Positions 59,554-64,000 of a stretch of 64,000 nt of DNA are shown here, piece after piece. This stretch comes from an uncultured Anaerolineae bacterium. GTDB lineage: Bacteria; Chloroflexota; Anaerolineae; Aggregatilineales; UBA3940. Below the pieces are notes generated by a model that made no database searches, had not been told where the DNA came from, and saw only the letters and a list, made by a program, of their open reading frames with translations. Each line of letters starts with the position of its first letter. Position 1 is the stretch's first letter. Position numbers and translations under genes: made by a program. The DNA is taken from the NCBI GenBank assembly GCA_964390105.1, contig CAYMGV010000004.1, forward strand, positions 3,951 through 67,950, read 5' to 3'.

Positions 59554-60750
59554 ATGGAGAATATGGGCATGTCATCTTTATTGCCATCAGAAATTGAGGA
59601 TATTAAAGCGTACCTCGATACCGGGCAACCACTCCCGCTCGTATACAAGCACCTTCTATTCCCCACTGATTCAACAGACATCGATACCGAGGACGACGAC
59701 GAACCGAAAGCTCATATCCTCGTAGTGGACGACACCATCGATAACCGCAACCTGCTCCGGGATATGCTGAGCATCGAGAATTACAAGGTGGTTACTGCCG
59801 CAGACGGATTCCAGGCACTGGACATGATGCAGAACCAGGGCTTTGACGCCGTGCTGCTGGACCTCATGATGCCGGGCCTGAGCGGGATGGATGTACTCAA
59901 GCGTATCAAGGAAAACCCCAACTCCCGGCACATCCCCGTGATTATGATCTCGGCGAACAACCAGTTCCGCACCATTGTGGATTGCATCCAGGCGGGCGCT
60001 GAGGACTATCTCCCCAAGCCAGTCAATCATGTCCTGCTTCAGGCACGTGTCAAGAGTTCACTGGCGAGGAAACTCCTGCATGATAAAGAGACCGCTTACC
60101 ACAACCGCCTTGAAACCGAACGCCAGCGCTCAGAGCAGTTGTTGCTCAATATCCTGCCGCTGCCAATCGCCGAGCGGCTCAAGGCCGGGCAGGACACCAT
60201 CGCTGATACCTTCAGCGAATCCACCGTGGTATTTGCCGACATCGTTGATTTTACACATCTGGCAACGATGCTATCCGCCACTGAACTGGTCACCCAACTG
60301 AACGCCATCTTCTCGCAGTTTGATGCCCTTGCCGCAGACTGTGGGCTGGAGAAGATCAAGACCATGGGCGATGCTTACATGGCCGTCGCTGGTATCCCTG
60401 CCCCCCGCGAGGATCACGTCGAAGCCGTCGCGGAGTTCGCACTCAAACTACGCGATTCAATTACCGGCTTTGTCTCACCGAGTAACCAGCCCTTTGAGGT
60501 ACGTGTCGGCATCCATACCGGCCCGGTTGTGGCGGGTGTGATCGGCTCCAGTAAGTTCATCTATGACCTGTGGGGCGACACCGTCAACACGGCCAGCCGC
60601 ATGCAGGCCAGCAGCATCGCCGGGCAGATTCAGGTGACCAGTGCTGTCTACGACCGGCTTAAAGATCACTATCACTTCACCAATCGTGGCCTGATCGAAG
60701 TGAAGGGCAAGGGTCAGATGCAAACCTATCTGCTTGAAGGCAAATCCTAG
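59554..60750 (+). CDS. Receiver-domain class III adenylate cyclase
   Basis: ILVVDD..LDLMMP receiver; FADIVDFT, KIKTMGDAYM, YDLWGDTVNTASRM (K/D specificity pair indicates ATP). Start may be 59563 or 59569. Confidence 0.93.
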   Translation: MENMGMSSLLPSEIEDIKAYLDTGQPLPLVYKHLLFPTDSTDIDTEDDDEPKAHILVVDDTIDNRNLLRDMLSIENYKVVTAADGFQALDMMQNQGFDAVLLDLMMPGLSGMDVLKRIKENPNSRHIPVIMISANNQFRTIVDCIQAGAEDYLPKPVNHVLLQARVKSSLARKLLHDKETAYHNRLETERQRSEQLLLNILPLPIAERLKAGQDTIADTFSESTVVFADIVDFTHLATMLSATELVTQLNAIFSQFDALAADCGLEKIKTMGDAYMAVAGIPAPREDHVEAVAEFALKLRDSITGFVSPSNQPFEVRVGIHTGPVVAGVIGSSKFIYDLWGDTVNTASRMQASSIAGQIQVTSAVYDRLKDHYHFTNRGLIEVKGKGQMQTYLLEGKS

Positions 60751-61074
60751 CAGCGGGCAACCTTCACCCCCTGTAAAAACGACCTGTGCCATGATCGAAG
60801 TGTGCTAGCGTTAATCAATCGTCTCAGCTTTTCGCCCGGCCTTGCCCGTCCAACTTCCTAAGTCACATGATATTTTATATAATGCGCTCAGCACTGGGCT
60901 GATTACACCGGCATGACAATCCCGCAGGCTCTGGCGATGCTGTGCTATAATGCCGGGCGGTGAGGCTTACCTTCAGCAGCCATCTGCATGACGGTCAGCA
61001 CACCAGGCCAAGTGAACACAACCAGGATGCGACCGGCCCCCTGAACTGAACCCCATCGGAAGGAACGAGTTGCC

Positions 61075-61404
61075 ATGAATCGTCCAGACCCACGCACGTT
61101 CGCCCTGTACAGTTACTACCTTGCAATTGCCTCTGGCGGGCTGATCGTGCTGGCCTTCATTTTCTCATTTATCGAGAGTGTACGTTTTCTGACCCAGATG
61201 ATCTGGCTGACCCTGATCACCAGTGGCATTGGGGCCTTCCTGGCCTATGCCGCCCGCAGTGACTTCGCCAGGATGAAACAGCCACCCGAGGAAAGCATCA
61301 ATCACGCGCGCATCGGCTGGCGCAACAATCTACTGACCTTTGGTGTGGTCACGCTGCTGGCCCTGGTGGTGGTGATCTTGAACGTACTCTTTGCTGCCCG
61401 TTAG
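61075..61404 (+). CDS. Small three-TM membrane protein
   Basis: Three hydrophobic segments; AAGGA upstream; TGCTATAAT at 60943. Confidence 0.75.
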   Translation: MNRPDPRTFALYSYYLAIASGGLIVLAFIFSFIESVRFLTQMIWLTLITSGIGAFLAYAARSDFARMKQPPEESINHARIGWRNNLLTFGVVTLLALVVVILNVLFAAR

Positions 61405-61424
61405 CTAATCAAGGAGGCTCAAAG

Positions 61425-61742
61425 ATGGAGTTTATGCGTTTTGACCCGGACCAGGCTGCTCCGCTTGAGGGGAGCAGCCATGTGACGTTCATGCCGCTGC
61501 GGCGGGATAATCATATCGTGGCGATGCTGCTTAACTTTGGCCGCAGAGGGGATACCGGCAAGCGCGAAGTGGCTGCTGACGTGCTGGTGGTGGTGATCAG
61601 TGGTGAGGGCCGTCTGCGCTCTGGCGGGCAAATTGCCGACCTGAAAGCGGGCGATGTGGCTTTGCTGCCCGGCAACATTCTTCATCATCTGTGGACTTCG
61701 GACAGCCAGATGACCCTGGTGATGATGGAGCGTTCAGGCTGA
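61425..61742 (+). CDS. Cupin-domain protein
   Basis: VVISGEG..LKAGD..LPGNILH; AAGGAGG RBS. Confidence 0.85.
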   Translation: MEFMRFDPDQAAPLEGSSHVTFMPLRRDNHIVAMLLNFGRRGDTGKREVAADVLVVVISGEGRLRSGGQIADLKAGDVALLPGNILHHLWTSDSQMTLVMMERSG

Positions 61743-61816
61743 AACAGCCTTGCAGGCAGGCGCTGAATACAGTACCATGCGAAGTTAAATATCCACCTGT
61801 ATTTAATGGAGTCATT

Positions 61817-62524
61817 GTGGCCTCGATCCAGCGCGCAACGCTTGAAGATATCCCCGGCATCGCCCATGTTGTTGAAGCTGCCTGGCCTGATAATACGCTG
61901 CTGGTCGATGTCACGCAGGAGCAAATCACCCGTACCGACAGCGCCCTGTGGGTGATCCGGGCAGCCGGCCATGTCGCGGGCTTTGCGTTTGGCTTCCTCA
62001 CCAAGAGCTACGACGATGTTCGTCACTGGGAGATCGACCTGCTGGCGGTTCATCCGCGAGTACAGGGCCATGGACTCAGCGGGAAACTGATCGGGCTGAT
62101 GTGGAAGGAAGCTGAAGATCATGGCGTTGATCTGGCCCGGGCACTGGTGCGAATAGACAACACCCCGGCACAGAAAGCCTTTACCGCTGCCGGGTTTGAA
62201 AACGCCCGCCGTGTCCAGAATATGTACTTGTGGTCACCTATGGATGGAACGGCTCCGTCCAGCCAACTTCCATTTGGGGTGATGCTGCGACCTGTTGATA
62301 CGCTGACCTATCGTGGGCTGTGGATCGAGGGGATGGACCCCGCCACCCTGCCACCTAATGCCCAGCGCGAGATCGTGACGGCGGCCCGCACGCAGGCCGC
62401 CGCCGAAGAACGATTCAATACCAGCGCTCTGATCCCGGCCCACAATGAGAACCGGCTCGCCCCCGACATGCGCTCGATGGGAGTGATGCAGGGGAGCTAT
62501 CACTGGTGGACACGGACGAACTGA
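61817..62524 (+). CDS. GNAT N-acetyltransferase
   Basis: LAVHPRVQGHGLS acetyl-CoA motif, NTPAQKAF..AGF; GGAG RBS before GTG. Confidence 0.85.
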   Translation: MASIQRATLEDIPGIAHVVEAAWPDNTLLVDVTQEQITRTDSALWVIRAAGHVAGFAFGFLTKSYDDVRHWEIDLLAVHPRVQGHGLSGKLIGLMWKEAEDHGVDLARALVRIDNTPAQKAFTAAGFENARRVQNMYLWSPMDGTAPSSQLPFGVMLRPVDTLTYRGLWIEGMDPATLPPNAQREIVTAARTQAAAEERFNTSALIPAHNENRLAPDMRSMGVMQGSYHWWTRTN

Positions 62525-62527
62525 CCC

Positions 62528-63553
62528 CTACCCCATCCCGCCACGGCTGGCACCATACGTGCCTATCATGCGATACGGGTACATATCCGGTGGAAGACTG
62601 ACCGAATCAAGCCAAGCCACGTCGTCAGATGGCAGGCTCCAATCTGCCACGCCAAGATTGTCGTCTAACTGACCGGGGGTACGCGGCCCAATGACCACCG
62701 ATGGCACATACGGCTTCGCCTTGAGCCATGCCAGCGCCACCTGGGATACCGTCTTCCCGTAGGTCTGCCCGATTTCACCCATCACATCGAGCGTGTCCCA
62801 GTTCTGCGGCGTGTTGCGACGCCACCATGCCTCCTCGACATCATCGCCAGAATTGGCAATGCGCCCATGATTAGGGACCTTGTCCCGTTTATACTTCCCC
62901 GTCAGAAAGCCGCCACCCAGCGGCCCCCATGGCAGCAACCCTACCCCCTCAGATTGCAGCAGTGATGGAAACTCGTACTCGATGCTGCGTTCAACAAGAC
63001 TATACTGGTACTGCGCTGCAATGAAGCGCGGCCAGCGGCTGGCATCACTGGCCGCAAGCGCCTTCATCACCTGCCATGCTGTGAAGTTGGAGACACCGAT
63101 ATAACGCACCTTGCCCGTGGTCACGAGGTCATGCAACGCACGCAGCGTCTCCTCGATGGGTGTCATGTGGTCCCACATGTGCAGGTAGTACAGGTCAATT
63201 GTCTCCGTCTTGAGACGGCGCAGACTTTGCTCAACTTCAGTCATGATATGAAAACGAGAGAGACCCTCGGCGTTGGGATGCGGCCCGCGATTAAACCGCA
63301 CCTTGGTTGCCAGCACGATCTCATCACGCCGCCCGGAGCGCTTGAGCCAGGTTCCAATGATCTCCTCGGAGCGCCCATCAGCATAGACGTTGGCCGTATC
63401 AATGAAGTTACCCCCCACGCTCACGTAGCGATCCATGATGCGATAGGCATCTTCGGCAGATGTGGTCCGCTGGCTGTTCTCTCCGAATAACATCGTGCCA
63501 AGACACAGTTCCGAAACCAACAATCCCGACTGCCCCAACCTGTTATACTGCAT
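62528..63553 (-). CDS. Aldo/keto reductase
   Basis: LCLGTM, IDTANVY, SLRRLKTETIDLYYLH, GKVRYIGVSN, WGPLGGG. Confidence 0.95.
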   Translation of the reverse strand: MQYNRLGQSGLLVSELCLGTMLFGENSQRTTSAEDAYRIMDRYVSVGGNFIDTANVYADGRSEEIIGTWLKRSGRRDEIVLATKVRFNRGPHPNAEGLSRFHIMTEVEQSLRRLKTETIDLYYLHMWDHMTPIEETLRALHDLVTTGKVRYIGVSNFTAWQVMKALAASDASRWPRFIAAQYQYSLVERSIEYEFPSLLQSEGVGLLPWGPLGGGFLTGKYKRDKVPNHGRIANSGDDVEEAWWRRNTPQNWDTLDVMGEIGQTYGKTVSQVALAWLKAKPYVPSVVIGPRTPGQLDDNLGVADWSLPSDDVAWLDSVSLPPDMYPYRMIGTYGASRGGMG

Positions 63554-63617
63554 TATCCCATCCCCTGGTTCAGTAATAGCCTGCCATTTCTACCAGTATA
63601 AACGATCCTGGAAAAGC

Positions 63618-63643
63618 AAACAGACCCCTCACGGAGTCTGTTT
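63618..63643 (-). terminator. Terminator after tal
   Basis: AAACAGAC / GTCTGTTT stem. Confidence 0.6.
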
Positions 63644-63663
63644 CGAATGGGGATCCTACGATC

Positions 63664-63999
63664 TCAGTCACCGGGGTTAGCTGAAAGCTCATCCTGTTTG
63701 GCCGTGATGGCATCCAGCAACACATCGAAGGGCTTCATGAACTTGGCGACACCCTCCTCCAGAAGCTTTGCGGTGACATCCTCCATCTCGATGCCCACCC
63801 CGGCCAGCTTCTCAACCAGTGCGTTGGCCTCATCCACACCATCTTCCACGGTCTGGGCAACTACCCCATGATCGATGAAAGCATCAATGGTATGCGGCGG
63901 TGCGGTGTTGACGGTATGCGCACCGATCAGGGTATCAACATACATGGTGTCGGGATAAGCCGGGTCCTTGGTGCTGGTGCTGGCCCACAGTGGACGCTG
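63664..63999 (-). CDS. tal: Transaldolase, C-terminal part (5' end outside window)
   Basis: QRPLWASTSTKDPAYPDTMYV..TVNT..DHG..EGVAKF. Confidence 0.92.
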   Translation of the reverse strand, partial: QRPLWASTSTKDPAYPDTMYVDTLIGAHTVNTAPPHTIDAFIDHGVVAQTVEDGVDEANALVEKLAGVGIEMEDVTAKLLEEGVAKFMKPFDVLLDAITAKQDELSANPGD

Positions 64000-64000
64000 T

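Noticed and set aside
60955..61000. Fluoride riboswitch-like start GGCGGTGAGGC
   Set aside because: The downstream pseudoknot partner is missing and no fluoride-related gene follows

Overview
A gene-dense, roughly 58% GC bacterial chromosome segment. Gene content suggests Chloroflexota, probably Anaerolineae-like (inference from a Tad locus without a secretin, a T-box-controlled trpS, a DegS/DegU-like pair and many lipoproteins and GT-C proteins). In order: the 3' part of mfd, a PD40/TolB lipoprotein, an HNH nuclease, and a long minus-strand block. That block holds a ~16 kb, ten-gene membrane glycosylation cluster (eight GT-C/YfhO-like proteins, a Dpm1-like GT2, a methyltransferase), then a DegU/DegS-like pair, cpaE-cpaF-tadB-tadC, comF and hpf. 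Next are a zinc-ribbon gene, a NACHT-like/HEAT gene, bcp followed by a MITE-like element, pgeF-yggS-yggT-yggU, a GAF kinase/OmpR pair, an FHA protein, a Tat deacetylase, a solute-binding protein, rfbB, degV, a PucC-like MFS, trpS with a Trp T-box, a phosphoribosyltransferase and an S1 protein. The last part has a P450, a stand-alone photolyase N-terminal-like domain, an ABC/AttH-like system, a photolyase, a REC-adenylate cyclase, small genes, an aldo/keto reductase and the 3' end of transaldolase. No rRNA, tRNA, CRISPR array or transposase was seen. The best candidate for an undescribed system is the GT-C array sitting upstream of the DegSU-like/Tad/ComF locus. All family assignments come from motif recognition by eye, not database searches.
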